Position numbers and translations under genes: made by a program. A DNA stretch of 34,450 bases, taken from positions 1 to 34,450 of the IMG/VR virus record IMGVR_UViG_3300033407_000079. One strand, written 5' to 3'. This stretch comes from a virus. Taxonomy: Duplodnaviria; Caudoviricetes. The notes under the pieces are model-generated. The model did not search any database. It was not told the origin of the DNA and saw only the letters and a program-made list of their open reading frames with translations. Shown here one piece after another: positions 33,915-34,450 of the stretch. The number at the start of each line of letters is the position of its first letter. The stretch's first letter is position 1.

Positions 33915-34090
33915 CAAAAACAGCCGCCCCGCGTCACGGGATTCGTGAGCCAGGGTCCTACTGAGGTTCTCGTTCCCTGGCCTGGGCAGATGTCAAGCCT
34001 CAATCTGCCTTGTGCGTATGTCGTCACGTGCTCCGTTTGGCCACTGGTGTCGCCACACATGGCGCCAGCACGCGGGAGCGGCTTGGTTCA
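33915..34090 (-). ncRNA. putative structured non-coding RNA
   Basis: 13-bp closing stem enclosing at least three hairpins, followed by GUUUUU. Confidence 0.4.
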
Positions 34091-34095
34091 TCCTT

Positions 34096-34263
34096 TCACG
34101 TTGGCCTCGGTTCGCGTTCCTCCAACTCCCCACGTAGAATCTTCGTGTCCTTCGGCGCGTCGATCCTCAGCGTGACTTTCCCACCCCGCACCCGCGCGAC
34201 CGTGACGCGGATGTCCTTGCCGATGATGATGGTTTCGTTCAGTCTTCGTGACAGGCACAGCAT
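34096..34263 (-). CDS. csrA: carbon storage regulator CsrA/RsmA homolog (absent from ORF track)
   Basis: MLCLSRRLNETIIIGKDIRVTVARVRGGKVTLRIDAPKDTKILRGEL; GAAAGGA RBS. Confidence 0.9.
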   Translation of the reverse strand: MLCLSRRLNETIIIGKDIRVTVARVRGGKVTLRIDAPKDTKILRGELEEREPRPT

Positions 34264-34287
34264 GGCGATTCCTTTCAGTTAAAAGAT

Positions 34288-34449
34288 TTACTCCCACTCC
34301 CCCCACGGCCTCAGCCGGCGCTTCTCCCGCCGCAACTCCTCCGCCGTCGGCGCGTACACGCGGCACTTGGTACACGCTTGCCACTTGATCCGCGCATAAC
34401 CGCACTGCGGGCACTGGACCTTGACGGGTTTGGCCTGGGTCGCGGTCAT
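34288..34449 (-). CDS. small zinc-ribbon protein (start may lie beyond window)
   Basis: MTATQAKPVKVQCPQCGYARIKWQACTKC...WGEWE*. Confidence 0.55.
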   Translation of the reverse strand: MTATQAKPVKVQCPQCGYARIKWQACTKCRVYAPTAEELRREKRRLRPWGEWE

Positions 34450-34450
34450 G

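Noticed and set aside
33915-34090. tRNA (including tRNA-Sec) in the structured region
   Set aside because: Too long, no TTCRA T-loop or proper cloverleaf spacing seen
33993-34091. 32-codon ORF MNQAAPACWRHVW... after csrA
   Set aside because: SD-to-ATG spacing is too short and the region is better explained by RNA structure; not fully excluded
1-34450. Genome-wide TGA recoding
   Set aside because: Many genes end in TGA with ATGA coupling to the next start; only the 30837 codon looks like readthrough

Overview
GC-rich segment of a tailed phage or prophage with lambda-like packaging and a probably non-contractile tail. Nearly all genes are on the minus strand, many coupled by ATGA/GTGA overlaps. 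In transcription order (right to left): (1) small early/accessory genes, including two CsrA-family proteins, duplicated mini-genes and a structured non-coding segment; (2) a lysis-position membrane module with a holin-like ORF joined in frame, across a single TGA, to a trypsin-like protease with a collagen segment, and no recognisable endolysin; (3) a candidate cos region; (4) an island encoding a ParB-like protein, a TAGT/GREB1-like glycosyltransferase, a sulfotransferase and a stand-alone RarA/MgsA C-terminal domain; (5) terminase small and large (Nu1/gpA-like), Ogr-like zinc-finger, gpW-like, lambda-type portal and S49 protease-major capsid fusion; (6) head-tail, tail tube, repeat-rich fibre-like protein, tail chaperone with a probable -1 frameshift, short tape measure and tail-tip genes; (7) a glycosylation cassette (GT9 heptosyltransferase-like, sulfotransferase-FkbM fusion, split HldC and HldA ADP-heptose enzymes) followed by a LamG-like protein. 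A Planctomycetota-like host is an inference only (CsrA homologues, Cys-rich motifs, heptamer repeats, GC content). All calls come from reading motifs by eye; no searches were run.
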